A stretch of 64,000 nt of DNA, taken from assembly GCA_964650645.1 (NCBI GenBank), contig CAZYUH010000001.1:283032-347031 (forward strand), written 5' to 3'. A program made the position numbers and the translations under genes. The notes beneath the pieces were generated by a model. That model saw only the letters and a list, made by a program, of their open reading frames with translations, had not been told where the DNA came from and made no database searches. Numbering within the stretch: position 1 is the stretch's first letter; each line of letters starts with the position of its first letter. The stretch comes from an uncultured Candidatus Saccharibacteria bacterium (GTDB taxonomy: Bacteria > Patescibacteriota > Minisyncoccia > Phycocordibacterales > SBAW01). Positions 33,308 through 47,514 of this stretch are shown piece by piece.

Positions 33308-34405
33308 ATGGCCTTCCGTGAGAGCAAAATATTCAAGTGGTGGGAGCGCTACGAGCACCAGCTGGGCATGGGCGCGCTCGCGGTGGGCTTCCTGTTTGAC
33401 CTCATCGTCGCCGACCGGCCCGACAGCATAGGGAACAACCTTTTGCTCCTCGCGTACCTCGTGGCGGCGGGCGCGGTAATCATCCTTCTTAACCGCCGCG
33501 AGATGCGCAGGAAGGAGCGCCAGCACTCGACCGAGCCGTTCTTCCTGCTCCTCCTTCTGCAGTTCTGCTTCGGCGGCCTGGCCAGCAACCTGCTCGTGCT
33601 GTACGGCAGGAGCGGCACGCTGGCCGTCAACGCGCTCTTTTTGGGGCTTCTGGCGGCGCTTTTGTTCGGTAACGAGTTCCTGCGCAGCCGCTACGCGCAG
33701 CTGCGCTTCAATGTCGGCGTGTACTACCTGCTCATCCTGACCTACTGCATCATCGCGGTGCCCGTCTTCCTCACGCATACCGTCAGCACGTGGGTGTTCC
33801 TGCTCAGCGGGCTCATAAGCCTCGGCATCATCGCGGGATTCCTCTTCCTGCTCCTTACCATAGTGTTCCGCAATAAGGAGCCGCAGAAGGTGTTCGGCGT
33901 CGCGGCCATGGTGCTCGGGATATTCCTGACCTTCAACCTGCTGTACTTCCTCAACATCATCCCGCCGGTGCCGCTCTCGCTGAAGGACATCGGTATCTAC
34001 CACTCGCTCTTGAAGAAGAGCGACGGCAACTACACCGGGCTCTACGAGCCGGCGCCGTGGTGGCAGGTCTGGCGCACCACTAACCGCGCCTACACGCTGA
34101 GCGCGGGGGAGAGCGCGTTCTGCTTCTCGTCGGTATTCGCGCCGACCAACCTGAGCGCGCCTATATACCACCGCTGGGAGAAGTACAACGACGCGAAGAA
34201 GGCGTGGGAGACGCAGTCGCTGGTGGCGTTCCCCATTGCGGGCGGGCGGGCCGACGGCTACCGCGGCTACTCGGTCAAGTCGGCGCTCGCGGAGGGCGAG
34301 TGGCGCTGCGATGTGGAGACCAAGAGCGGGGCGCTCATCGGCCGCAGCGTTTTCGAGGTGGTCGCATCGACCTCGGCTCCGGTGCTCAGCCAGAGGACGC
34401 TGTAG
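33308..34405 (+). CDS. Multi-TM protein with C-terminal DUF2914-like domain
   Basis: About 7 TMs; IYHRW, GGRADGYRGYS, GEWRCDVET. Confidence 0.8.
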   Translation: MAFRESKIFKWWERYEHQLGMGALAVGFLFDLIVADRPDSIGNNLLLLAYLVAAGAVIILLNRREMRRKERQHSTEPFFLLLLLQFCFGGLASNLLVLYGRSGTLAVNALFLGLLAALLFGNEFLRSRYAQLRFNVGVYYLLILTYCIIAVPVFLTHTVSTWVFLLSGLISLGIIAGFLFLLLTIVFRNKEPQKVFGVAAMVLGIFLTFNLLYFLNIIPPVPLSLKDIGIYHSLLKKSDGNYTGLYEPAPWWQVWRTTNRAYTLSAGESAFCFSSVFAPTNLSAPIYHRWEKYNDAKKAWETQSLVAFPIAGGRADGYRGYSVKSALAEGEWRCDVETKSGALIGRSVFEVVASTSAPVLSQRTL

Positions 34406-34446
34406 GAGCTTTGTTCTAACAGCGGCAGGTGCTAGATTAGGCGTAC

Positions 34447-36054
34447 ATGAAAGAGAGGATTGAACAGGCGGTGCGCGACGCGCTGAAGGGTCTCGGGGTC
34501 GAGGCGCCTTTCGCCGTAGAGCGCCCGCGCGCTATGGAGCACGGCGACTATTCGACCAATGCCGCGCTGGTCGGCAAGCTCGACGCGCAGGCGCTCGCGG
34601 ACAAGCTTTCAATAGACGGCGTCGAGAAGGTCGAGGTTGTGGGGAAGTTCATAAACTTCTTCCTGTCGCGCGAGGCGCTGGTGCCGCGCGAGGAAGGAAT
34701 CCCGCAGCTCTATGCCGGCAAGCAGGCGCTAATCGAGTACACGAGCCCCAATCTCTTCAAGCCGCTCCATATAGGGAACCTGGTGGGGAATATTTTGGGC
34801 GAATCGGTCGCGCGGCTGTACGCCGCCGCCGGCGCGGACGTGAAGAGGATAAACTACCCGTCCGATATCGGGCTCACCGTCGCCAAGGGCGTGTGGGGGC
34901 TCGCGACGCTCGGCCTTGATCCGGCGCGCATCAATGACCTGGGGAAGGCGTACGTCGCGGGCAATGCCGCGTACGAGGACGGCTCGGCCAAGGCGGAGAT
35001 TGAGGAGATAAACCGCGCGCTCTACGCGGATTCGAACCCCGAATGGAGCCGCCTGCGCGAGGCCGGCGTCGAAACGTCGCGCAGGCACCTGGACGAGCTG
35101 TGCAGGAAGCTCGGTACCGAGTTCGATGCGGAATTCTTCGAGAGCGAGGCCGCGCCCATAGGCAAGGAGCTGGTGCTCGCGCATATGGGCGCGGTATTCG
35201 AGGAAAGCGACGGCGCCACCGTGTACAAGGGCGAGCGGGACGGCCTGCATACGCGCGTGTTCCTCAATTCGCAGGGCCTGCCCACCTACGAGGCGAAGGA
35301 CCTCGGCCTGTTCGCGCTCAAGCTGAAAGCGTATCCTGATTTCGATATCACCGTCACTGACACGGGCTCCGAGCAGAAGGAGTACTTCAAGGTGCTGTAC
35401 GCGGCGGCGCGCCGCGTGTTTCCCGAGGCGGCGGGCAAGACGCTCCTGCATAGCGCGCACGGATTCCTCCGGCTGACCACCGGCAAGATGTCCTCGAGGC
35501 TCGGGAACGTAATAACCGGCGAGTCGCTGATAGAAGGGCTGGTGGCGGCGTCAAAGGAGAAGATGCGGGGCCGCGCGCTGGACGGCGTCGATGCGGTCGC
35601 CGAGGCGGTCGCGGTGGGCGCGATCAAGTACGCGGTACTCAAGCAGGGAAGCGGGCGCGACATCGTGTTCGACCCGGAGAAGTCGCTTTCGCTCGAGGGC
35701 GACAGCGGGCCCTATCTCCAGTACTCGCGGGTGCGCGCGCTGTCCCTCCTTAAAAAAGCGAAAGAGGCGGGCATAAGCGCGGGCACGGACGACGCGCCCG
35801 CGCAGGCGTCCGTCCTTGAGAGGACGCTCCTGCACTACCCCGCGGCGCTCGAGCGCGCCGCGCGCGAGCTGGAGCCGCACTACGTTACCACGTACCTGAC
35901 CGAGCTCGCGGGCGCGTTCAACTCCTGGTACGCGACCGAGCGCATCATCGGGGGCGCTTCTCCGCGCTACGGCGTGCTCCTGGCACAGGCGTTCGAAAGA
36001 ACGATGGCGCAGGGCCTTCACGCGCTGGGCATCCCGGCGCCCGAAGAGATGTAG
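34447..36054 (+). CDS. argS: Arginine--tRNA ligase
   Basis: HGDYSTN, EYTSPNLFKPLHIGN, KMSSRLGN, GDSGPYLQYS, LGIPAPEEM. Confidence 0.97.
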   Translation: MKERIEQAVRDALKGLGVEAPFAVERPRAMEHGDYSTNAALVGKLDAQALADKLSIDGVEKVEVVGKFINFFLSREALVPREEGIPQLYAGKQALIEYTSPNLFKPLHIGNLVGNILGESVARLYAAAGADVKRINYPSDIGLTVAKGVWGLATLGLDPARINDLGKAYVAGNAAYEDGSAKAEIEEINRALYADSNPEWSRLREAGVETSRRHLDELCRKLGTEFDAEFFESEAAPIGKELVLAHMGAVFEESDGATVYKGERDGLHTRVFLNSQGLPTYEAKDLGLFALKLKAYPDFDITVTDTGSEQKEYFKVLYAAARRVFPEAAGKTLLHSAHGFLRLTTGKMSSRLGNVITGESLIEGLVAASKEKMRGRALDGVDAVAEAVAVGAIKYAVLKQGSGRDIVFDPEKSLSLEGDSGPYLQYSRVRALSLLKKAKEAGISAGTDDAPAQASVLERTLLHYPAALERAARELEPHYVTTYLTELAGAFNSWYATERIIGGASPRYGVLLAQAFERTMAQGLHALGIPAPEEM

Positions 36055-36096
36055 CCCGTTTTTCCTTTTGGCCGCAAAACGGCTATAGTTAAGGGC

Positions 36097-39553
<3,457 letters not shown>

Positions 39554-39561
<8 letters not shown>

Positions 39562-40132
39562 GATTTTCGTTACCGACGGCATAGTCTTGAGCAAGCGCGG
39601 GGTGGGGGAGGCGCACACGCTCGCCTCTGTCCTTACCTACGAGCTGGGGCTGGTGCGCGTCAAGGCGACCAGCGCGCGTGCCGAGGCGTCCAAGCTGCGC
39701 TACGGGCTCGAGCCCCTGAGCCTCGGGCGCTATGCCATGGTGCGCGGCAAAGCCGAGTGGAAGCTGACCGGCGCCGAGGATGTGTCGCACGAGCTCGCGC
39801 ACGGCGCCCACGGGAACCGCACGCGCTCAGGGAAGATTGCCCGGCTCCTCTTGCGGCTCATCCACGGCGAGGAGCGCGTGCCCGCCTTGTACAAGACGGT
39901 CGTTGAGGGCCTGCGCGCCATGGCGCGCGCGCAGAGCGCGGCCGACGCCGAGGCTGTAGAGACCGTGCTCGTCCTGCGCGTGCTCGCGCACTTGGGCTAC
40001 CTGCCGCGCACGCAGGCGCTCGCGCAGTTCATCGAGGGCGGCTATTCCGTCGAGCTGTCGGCGGAGGCGCTCAAGTCGCGCGCGCTTTTGGTGCGGGCCA
40101 TAAATGAGTCGCTCACGGCGACGGGGCTGTGA
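39554..40132 (+). CDS. recO: DNA repair protein RecO (short)
   Basis: TDGIVL..GEA..LT.ELG..A.SAR..SKLR..LEP N-terminal OB fold; L..LGY. Confidence 0.8.
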
Positions 40133-40151
40133 GTGCGATACAATACAACGG

Positions 40152-42077
40152 ATGGCACAGGATAAGGGCGGGGTAGAGCACCTCAAGGACAAGCTCTACT
40201 CGCGCAAGCACCAGGGCCCCATACAGGACATGCGCTCGACGCTCAGCCGGGGCGGCGCGGACGTTCCGGTCGCTTGGGAAGCGCCGCCTCCGCCCCCGCG
40301 CGCGCCGGAAGGCCCGCGGCAATTCGAAGGCGGCATGGATACCTCGAAGCAAAAGAAGGGCATGGCGTTCTCGACCAAGTTCTTCATCGCCTCCATGCTG
40401 TTCTTCGTCGCGGCGGCGGGCGCGGCGGCCTACTATTTCGTCGGCGGAGGCAATTTCGTGTCGCCCAACAACATAGACTTGCAGATAGTCGCGCCCTCGC
40501 TCGCGGACGGCGGCTCGCAGGTCGATTTCCAGATACTCGCGACCAACCGCAATTCCTCGCCGCTCATCCTCAGCGACCTCGTCATAACCTATCCCGCGGG
40601 CACGCGCGACCCCAAGGACCCGCAGAAGCCCCTGCAGACCGAGCGCCAGTCGGTGGGCACCATAGCGCCGGGCCAGGCCATTAAGCGCACGTCCTCGGCC
40701 ATACTGTACGGGCAGGAAGGCGGCGTGCAAAAAGTGCATGTGGCGCTCGAGTACTCGCTTGAAGGCTCCAACGCGGTGTTCGTGCGCGAGAGCGACGTGG
40801 AGCTCACGCTCGGCTCCTCGCCAGTGTCCGTCACGGTCGCCGCTCCCGAAACCGCCGCATCGGGGCAGTCCTTCACGATGGACGTGACCGTGCGGAGCAA
40901 TTCGCAGGAAACGGTCGACGACGTGGCGCTTGAGGCGCAGTACCCCTTCGGGTTCACGGTGCAGTCCGCGAGCCCTGCGGCCGACTCGGGGCAGAAGCTC
41001 TGGCACTTGGGGTCCTTGAAGCCCGGCGCCTCGACCGTGGTGCGCATAACCGGCGCGATAGACGGCCAGGACGGCGACCAGCGCATATTCAGGTTCCTGA
41101 CCGGCTCGGAGCCCGACCGCACGGCGGCGCACATAAAGATTCCGTTCATCAATACGCCGACCGCCATAACGGTAAGCAGGCCGTTCGTGTCGGCCCAGCT
41201 CGCCGTGGCGGGGAAGACCGGCAGCTCGGTCTCGGTGAGCCCTGGCCAGAACATACAAGGCACCGTCAGCTGGAAGAACAACCTCAGCGATTCGGTGTCA
41301 AACATAGAGGTGTCGCTCAAGCTCGACGGCCCCGCGCTCGATACGCAGTCGGTGCAGAGCCCCAACGGCTTCTACCAGTCCTCCGACAGCACGATAACGT
41401 GGACGAGCGCGCAGGACCCGTCCCTGGCGCAGGTGGCGCCGGGCGCGACGGGGAACCTGTCGTTCAGTTTCGCCACCCTGCCGCCCGGCACCGGGGGCAT
41501 CGTGTACACGAACCCCAAGGTAACGCTGACGCTCAATGTTAAGGGAACGCGTGGGAGCGACCAGTCGCCCGAGTCGGTGTCGGCGCTCACGACGACCGAC
41601 GTAGTAGTGGGCTCCCTACTGTCGCTCGAGGCGCAGTCGCGCTTCGGCGGCGGCCCGTACCAGAATTCGGGACCGACGCCACCGCGCGCCGAACAGCCCA
41701 CCACGTACACGGTGGCGTGGACCGCGAAGAACTCCTCTAATGCGATAGCCAACGCGCAGGTGTCGGCGGTACTGCCCCCGTACGTTTCCTACAAGACGGG
41801 CCAGGCGGGCGTTGCGTACGACGCGCCCAGCCGCACGGTGCGCTGGAGCCTGGGCGAGCTGAAGGCCGGCACGGGCTACACCACCGCGGCCCAGACCGCC
41901 GCCTTCCAGGTAACGCTCAATCCTTCCGTAAGCCAGGTAGGGCAGGCGCCCGCGCTTACCGGCACTGCCGAGCTGTCGGGCACTGACCGCTTCGCGCAGA
42001 TACAAGTGAGCGCCCAGGCGCAGGCGCCCACCACGCAGACCGCCGACGGCCAAAACGGCGTCGTGCAGGGCAAGTAG
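40152..42077 (+). CDS. Membrane-anchored multi-Ig-like hypothetical protein
   Basis: Single TM, then beta-rich S/T-rich repeats (WHLGSL, WSLGEL); TACAAT 7 nt before ATG 40152. Confidence 0.8.
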   Translation: MAQDKGGVEHLKDKLYSRKHQGPIQDMRSTLSRGGADVPVAWEAPPPPPRAPEGPRQFEGGMDTSKQKKGMAFSTKFFIASMLFFVAAAGAAAYYFVGGGNFVSPNNIDLQIVAPSLADGGSQVDFQILATNRNSSPLILSDLVITYPAGTRDPKDPQKPLQTERQSVGTIAPGQAIKRTSSAILYGQEGGVQKVHVALEYSLEGSNAVFVRESDVELTLGSSPVSVTVAAPETAASGQSFTMDVTVRSNSQETVDDVALEAQYPFGFTVQSASPAADSGQKLWHLGSLKPGASTVVRITGAIDGQDGDQRIFRFLTGSEPDRTAAHIKIPFINTPTAITVSRPFVSAQLAVAGKTGSSVSVSPGQNIQGTVSWKNNLSDSVSNIEVSLKLDGPALDTQSVQSPNGFYQSSDSTITWTSAQDPSLAQVAPGATGNLSFSFATLPPGTGGIVYTNPKVTLTLNVKGTRGSDQSPESVSALTTTDVVVGSLLSLEAQSRFGGGPYQNSGPTPPRAEQPTTYTVAWTAKNSSNAIANAQVSAVLPPYVSYKTGQAGVAYDAPSRTVRWSLGELKAGTGYTTAAQTAAFQVTLNPSVSQVGQAPALTGTAELSGTDRFAQIQVSAQAQAPTTQTADGQNGVVQGK

Positions 42078-42112
42078 TTTTAATCGCCGCCGTGCGCTAT
42101 ATTGGGGAGGTT

Positions 42113-43510
42113 ATGGCAGGCCAAGACGCAATGGAGAAAGTCGTGTCGCTCGCCAAGCGGCGCGGCTTCGTGTACCAAGGGTCCGAGATTTACGGCGGCC
42201 TGGCCGGCACCTGGGACTACGGCCCTTTGGGCGTGGCGCTCAAGAAGAACATCGAGAACCTCTGGTGGAGGATGTTCGTCGAGAGCCGCGACGACATGTA
42301 CGGGCTCGACTCGGCCCTGCTCATGAATCCGAAGGTGTGGGAGGCATCGGGCCACGTGGGCGGCTTCAACGACCCGTTGGTGTCCGATTCAAAGACCAAG
42401 AAGCGCTTCCGCGCCGACCATCTTCTGGAGGAGGCAGGCGAGAACCCGACCGGGCTCTCGCTCGACCAGATGGCCGCGCTCATAAAGGAGAAGGGCATCA
42501 AGAGTCCTGACGGCAACGAGCTTTCCGCCCCCCAGCAGTTCAACATGATGTTCAGGACGTCGGTGGGCTCGGTCGACGGCTCGGACACCACCGTGTACCT
42601 GCGCCCCGAGACGGCGCAGGGCATGTTCGTCAATTTCAAGAACATCATCGACAGCTACCACCCCAAGCTGCCGTTCGGCATCGCGCAGATAGGCCGCAAC
42701 TTCCGCAACGAGATAGCGCCGCGCGACTTCATCTTCCGCGTGCGCGAGCTCGAGATAATGGAGCTCGAGTATTTCATAGAGGAGAAGGCGTGGGAGGAGA
42801 AATTCGAGTACTGGCGCAACGAGATGCAGGCGTGGTTCCGGGCGCTCGGCTTCGAGGCGGGGGACATACAGGAGGTGGAGATACCGGACGGCGAGCGCGC
42901 GCACTACTCCAAGCGCACGGTGGACTTCCATTTCCGCTACCCGCACAAGTTCGACGAGATAGGCGGGCTGGCGTACCGCACCGACTTCGACCTCAAGAAC
43001 CATATCGAGCACAGCGGCGCCGACCTGTCGTACCTCGATTCCGCCACCAATGAGCGCGTCGTGCCGCACGTGCTTGAGCCCACCTTCGGCTTGGGCCGCC
43101 ACCTCTTGGCGGTCATGACCAAGGCGTATACGGAAGACGAGCTCGGCGGCGAGGCGCGCGTCGTCATGAAGTTCCCGCCGCACCTGGCGCCCGTCAAGGC
43201 CGCGGTATTCCCGCTTTTGAAGAACAAGCCCGAGCTGGTGGGGAAGGCGCGCGAGGTGTACGCGGCGCTCAAGAAGGAGATTCCGCAGATAGTCTGGGAC
43301 GACAACGGCAACATCGGCAAGCGCTACCGCAGGCAGGACGAGATAGGCACGCCGTACTGCATTACGGTGGACTTCGATACGCTGGGCGAGAATCCGGAGC
43401 ATGCGGACACGGTGACCGTGCGCGACCGCGACACGGGCGGGCAGTCGCGTATGAGCATCGGCAGTCTTGCGGGCTTTTTGAGGGAAAAGATAAAAATGCC
43501 GCTTGCGTAG
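42113..43510 (+). CDS. glyQS: Glycine--tRNA ligase (alpha2 type)
   Basis: KRRGF..SEIYGG, LRPETAQG, FRNEI, IGKRYRRQDEIGTP. Confidence 0.97.
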   Translation: MAGQDAMEKVVSLAKRRGFVYQGSEIYGGLAGTWDYGPLGVALKKNIENLWWRMFVESRDDMYGLDSALLMNPKVWEASGHVGGFNDPLVSDSKTKKRFRADHLLEEAGENPTGLSLDQMAALIKEKGIKSPDGNELSAPQQFNMMFRTSVGSVDGSDTTVYLRPETAQGMFVNFKNIIDSYHPKLPFGIAQIGRNFRNEIAPRDFIFRVRELEIMELEYFIEEKAWEEKFEYWRNEMQAWFRALGFEAGDIQEVEIPDGERAHYSKRTVDFHFRYPHKFDEIGGLAYRTDFDLKNHIEHSGADLSYLDSATNERVVPHVLEPTFGLGRHLLAVMTKAYTEDELGGEARVVMKFPPHLAPVKAAVFPLLKNKPELVGKAREVYAALKKEIPQIVWDDNGNIGKRYRRQDEIGTPYCITVDFDTLGENPEHADTVTVRDRDTGGQSRMSIGSLAGFLREKIKMPLA

Positions 43511-43567
43511 CGCGGCGCATGTTCCGGCAATAAAAAAGCGGCGGGCCTTGGCCCGCCGCGTGCTGCG

Positions 43568-44158
43568 TTATGCGCACTCCTTCATTAGGCTAGTCGTTGC
43601 GATGCTCTTTGAAACGGGGCAGATGCGCATGCGCGCTCCCTGCGCCGTCTCAAATTCGACATAGGGCTTGATGCCCGCGCCGTTGCTGCCGTCGCCCCAG
43701 GCGCGGTACGCCGCGCTGATAGCCTCTTTTTCGAGCAGCTTCCTGGCTTCTGAAAGGTACCCCAGAAGCCTCCTGCCCCTGTCGCTCAGCACGCATTTGC
43801 GCTCGTCGAACTGGTAGATGCCGTCGTGGCCTCTGGCGCCGCATTCGACGAGCCGGTCGTCCACGGCCAGCCTGGCCAGGGTCGGGTCGACCTCGTAATA
43901 CCCCAAGGGGTCCTCTCCTTCGACCGCGCCGTGCAGGCGCACTTCCACTTCGGGCCGCGGCTTCCTTGCCCACAGGCACCGCGTGGCGTGCGGGCGGAAG
44001 TCGCCCTCTTCCTTCGGCTTCAGCAGAGCGAGCAGTTCGTAGAGGTCTGATACAGGCTCCTCATTCTCCCAATGGGTAGAATGGTCGCGTCGGCGTCTAG
44101 TCACTTGAAACCCTTTCTTTGCTGGTACGGTCCGTACCGAGGATACCACCCGCACCAT
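43568..44158 (-). CDS. Hypothetical protein
   Basis: Fills the gap between glyQS and the AI-2E gene; has its own hairpin/T-tract terminator at ~43532-43559. No recognised motif. Confidence 0.6.
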   Translation of the reverse strand: MVRVVSSVRTVPAKKGFQVTRRRRDHSTHWENEEPVSDLYELLALLKPKEEGDFRPHATRCLWARKPRPEVEVRLHGAVEGEDPLGYYEVDPTLARLAVDDRLVECGARGHDGIYQFDERKCVLSDRGRRLLGYLSEARKLLEKEAISAAYRAWGDGSNGAGIKPYVEFETAQGARMRICPVSKSIATTSLMKECA

Positions 44159-44186
44159 GAAGAGTGCAATATGCTACAGTAGTGCC

Positions 44187-45260
44187 ATGGACGGAACGAA
44201 GGGCGTCAGCGTGCACATCACTGCCGGAAGCATCGTCACGGTCTTCCTGTTCGGCGCGCTGGCCGCGCTTTTGTGGTTCCTGCGCGACATCGTGCTCATC
44301 GTGCTGACCTCCGTCGTCATCGCTTCGGCCATAGAGCCGGGGGTCCATTTCTTCCGCCGCTACGGGATAAACCGCATCTTCAGCGTCATCATCATCTACC
44401 TCTCCGTGGCGGCCGTCTTCTTCAGCATCGTGCTCCTGTTTATCCCGCCGCTCATAAACGACGCGCTGAGCTTCCTCGCGCGGCTCCCGCAGGCGCTGGC
44501 GGGCCTCAGCGTCTCGCAGGCGACCCACGGCCTCCTGCCCGATTTCAGCTTCTCGTTCTCCCCGAACGACGTATGGGGGAGCGTGTCGCAGTCGGTGTCG
44601 TCCGCAACGGGCGGCGTATTCTCGACCCTCTCGGCGTTCTTCGGCGGGGTAACCTCGTTCATACTCATCGTCGTGTTCGCGTTCTATTTCTCGGTGCAGG
44701 AGACGGGCGTCGACGACTTCCTGCGCCTCGTGACCCCGGCCCGGCACCAGGCGTACGTGCTCAACCTGTGGAAGCGCTCGCAGGACAAGATAGGCAAGTG
44801 GATGCAGGGCCAGCTCATACTCGGCGTCATCGTGGGCGTGCTTTTGTACCTCGGACTCACCATTTTGGGCGTGCCCAACGCGCTCCTTTTGGCCGTTCTG
44901 GCGGCGGCCTTCGAGCTCATACCGGTCTTCGGGCAGATACTGGCGGCGGTGCCGGCGGTCGCGCTGGGCTTCGTCGACGGCGGCCTCACGGGCGCCTTCC
45001 TGGTGGCCGGCCTCTACATGGTGGTCCAGCAGTTCGAGGCGCATCTCATCTACCCGGTGGTCGTCAAGAAGGTGGTGGGCGTGCCGCCGCTCATGGTCAT
45101 ACTGTCGCTCATCGTCGGCGCGAAGGTCGCCGGGTTCCTCGGCATACTGCTCTCGGTGCCCATCGCGGGCGCGATACAGGAGTTCGTCAACGACGTGGAC
45201 CGCCGCAAGTCGCGCGAGCTCGCGCGCGAGGGCTTGACCCCGGACGGCGCGCCGAAGTAG
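44187..45260 (+). CDS. AI-2E family transporter
   Basis: WMQGQL, ELIPVFG, QQFEAHLIYP, GILLSVP. Confidence 0.92.
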   Translation: MDGTKGVSVHITAGSIVTVFLFGALAALLWFLRDIVLIVLTSVVIASAIEPGVHFFRRYGINRIFSVIIIYLSVAAVFFSIVLLFIPPLINDALSFLARLPQALAGLSVSQATHGLLPDFSFSFSPNDVWGSVSQSVSSATGGVFSTLSAFFGGVTSFILIVVFAFYFSVQETGVDDFLRLVTPARHQAYVLNLWKRSQDKIGKWMQGQLILGVIVGVLLYLGLTILGVPNALLLAVLAAAFELIPVFGQILAAVPAVALGFVDGGLTGAFLVAGLYMVVQQFEAHLIYPVVVKKVVGVPPLMVILSLIVGAKVAGFLGILLSVPIAGAIQEFVNDVDRRKSRELAREGLTPDGAPK

Positions 45261-45272
45261 GGTTAACCGGCT

Positions 45273-46718
45273 ATGGAAGGCACTAGACCGCTGTATCTCA
45301 CCACGACGCTCCCGTACGTGAACGCCGCGCCCCATATCGGCTTCGCGCTCGAAATCGTGCAGGCGGACATCATCGCGCGCTATCACCGCCTCGCGGGCCG
45401 GGACGTGTTCTTTTCGACCGGTACCGACGAGCACGGGCAGAAGATTGCGCAGAAGGCCGCTGAGGAGGGGAGGGGCGTGCAGGAGTACGTCGACCATTTC
45501 GCGGGACAGTTCGGCAGGCTAAAGGACGGCCTCAATCTCTCGAACGACGCATTCATCCGCACGACCGACCCTAAGCATGCCGCGGCGGCGCAGGAGTTAT
45601 GGAGGCGCTGCCAAGAGGCGGGCGATATATATAAGAAGAAGTACAAGGGCTTGTACTGCGTGGGCGACGAGATGTTCCTGAAAGACGGCGACCTGGTGGA
45701 CGGCAAATGCCCCAACCACCCGAACATGGAGCCGGTCGAGATAGAGGAGGAGAACTACTTCTTCAGGCTGAGCGCGTACCAGGACAGGCTCGGGGAGTAT
45801 CTTTCCCGGGAAGGCGCCGTCCTGCCCGAGTGGCGCCGGCAGGAAGCGCTCAATTTCGTCAACGGCGGGCTCGAGGATTTCAGCATCTCGCGCGAGCGAG
45901 CGCGCATGAGCTGGGGCGTTCCTGTGCCGGGCGACGAGAACCAGGTGATGTATGTCTGGTTTGACGCGCTCGCCAACTATATTTCGACGCTCGGCTGGCC
46001 CGATGACGCAAAGGGGGCGTTCGCGAAGTTCTGGGACGGCGGCGAGGCGGTGCAGATGGCCGGCAAGGATCAGGTGCGCTTCCAGTCGGTCATGTGGCAG
46101 GCGATGCTCATGTCGGCAAAGATAAAATGCACCGACAGGGTCGTGTACCACGGCTTCATTACCTCGGGCGGACAGAAGATGTCCAAGTCGCTTGGCAATG
46201 TCATCGAGCCGTTCGAGCTTATCGATGAGTATGGCACCGATGCCGTGCGCTACTTCCTGGCGCGGCACGTGCACCCGTTCGAGGACAGCGATTTCACGCT
46301 TGAGCGCTTCAGGGAGTTGTACAATGCGGGGCTCGCGAACGGCCTGGGCAACATGGCCTCGCGCGTCATGACGCTTTCTGAGAATTACGGAGTGCAGACC
46401 GCGCTGGCGGATGAGCAGGGGCGCTCTTCGCTTGAGCAAGACGTTGCGAAGGCGGTCGAGAAGTTCGAGCTTAACGAAGCACTGAACCGCATCTGGTCCG
46501 AGATAGACAGGATTGACAGGGGGATTACGGAAAAAGCGCCGTTCAGGGTGATAAAGACGGACGAGGCGCTCGGAAAGGCGCTTATCCAGGGGTTCGTGCA
46601 GGATCTGTACGCGGTTGCGAAAGCCCTCAAGCCGTTCATGCCTGACGCGTCCGAAAAGATCCTTGCCGCGATTAATGAGAACAAAAAGCCTGAAACGCTC
46701 TTCCCCCGCAAGGACTAG
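45273..46718 (+). CDS. metG: Methionine--tRNA ligase (no C-terminal OB domain)
   Basis: TTLPYVNAAPHIG, GTDEHGQK, YVWFDALANY, KMSKSLGN, LFPRKD. Confidence 0.97.
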   Translation: MEGTRPLYLTTTLPYVNAAPHIGFALEIVQADIIARYHRLAGRDVFFSTGTDEHGQKIAQKAAEEGRGVQEYVDHFAGQFGRLKDGLNLSNDAFIRTTDPKHAAAAQELWRRCQEAGDIYKKKYKGLYCVGDEMFLKDGDLVDGKCPNHPNMEPVEIEEENYFFRLSAYQDRLGEYLSREGAVLPEWRRQEALNFVNGGLEDFSISRERARMSWGVPVPGDENQVMYVWFDALANYISTLGWPDDAKGAFAKFWDGGEAVQMAGKDQVRFQSVMWQAMLMSAKIKCTDRVVYHGFITSGGQKMSKSLGNVIEPFELIDEYGTDAVRYFLARHVHPFEDSDFTLERFRELYNAGLANGLGNMASRVMTLSENYGVQTALADEQGRSSLEQDVAKAVEKFELNEALNRIWSEIDRIDRGITEKAPFRVIKTDEALGKALIQGFVQDLYAVAKALKPFMPDASEKILAAINENKKPETLFPRKD

Positions 46719-46720
46719 CT

Positions 46721-47494
46721 ATGGAGTTCAAATTGTTTGATTCGCATTGCCACCTCTACATGCCGCAGTTCGATGTGGACAGGGAAGAGGTGCTCGCGCG
46801 CATGCGCGAAAAGGAGATGGGCGCGGTCGTCATCGGCGTTGATTACGCGTCGAGCAAGGCTGCGCTCGAGCTTGCCCGGAAGCATGATTTCTTGTGGTCC
46901 TCGGTCGGCCTGCATCCCAACGACACGCCTTTAGAAGCATTCGACGCGGACGCGTTTGAGGCGCTCGCGCGCGACCCGAAGGTCGGCGCCGTAGGGGAGT
47001 GCGGCCTCGACTACTACCGCCAGGACCCGTCGCCAGAGGAGAAGGCGCGCCAGCGCGAGCGCTTCGAGGCCCACATCGCTTTGGCGGCTAAAGTTAACAA
47101 GGCGCTCGTCGTGCACTGCCGCGACGCCCACGAAGACTGTTTCGGTGTTTTGCAAAACACCGGCATAGCGCAGAAGGTGCCCGTCGTCATCCATTTCTTC
47201 GCCGGCTCGGGGGAGCTGGCGCGAAAGTACCTTAATCTGGGGTGCTACCTGTCGTTCCCGGGCCCTGTTACGTACGCCGACATGTACGACGATTCGATAC
47301 GCGCCGCGCCGATGGACAGAATCCTCATTGAAACCGACTCGCCGTACGCCGCCCCGGTACCCAACCGCGGCAAGCGCAACGAGCCGGCGTTCGTTTCCGG
47401 CGTTGCGGCAAAAATCGCCGCGCTCAAGGGCGTGCCTGCCGAGGAGGTGGCGCTGCACGCGGCGCGCAACGCCTCGTCTGTATTTTCCCTGTAG
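46721..47494 (+). CDS. TatD family DNase
   Basis: DSHCH, VGLHP, GECGLDY, HCRDA, ETDSPY. Confidence 0.95.
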   Translation: MEFKLFDSHCHLYMPQFDVDREEVLARMREKEMGAVVIGVDYASSKAALELARKHDFLWSSVGLHPNDTPLEAFDADAFEALARDPKVGAVGECGLDYYRQDPSPEEKARQRERFEAHIALAAKVNKALVVHCRDAHEDCFGVLQNTGIAQKVPVVIHFFAGSGELARKYLNLGCYLSFPGPVTYADMYDDSIRAAPMDRILIETDSPYAAPVPNRGKRNEPAFVSGVAAKIAALKGVPAEEVALHAARNASSVFSL

Positions 47495-47514
47495 CTTTGG
47501 TAGACTGGCCCCCT

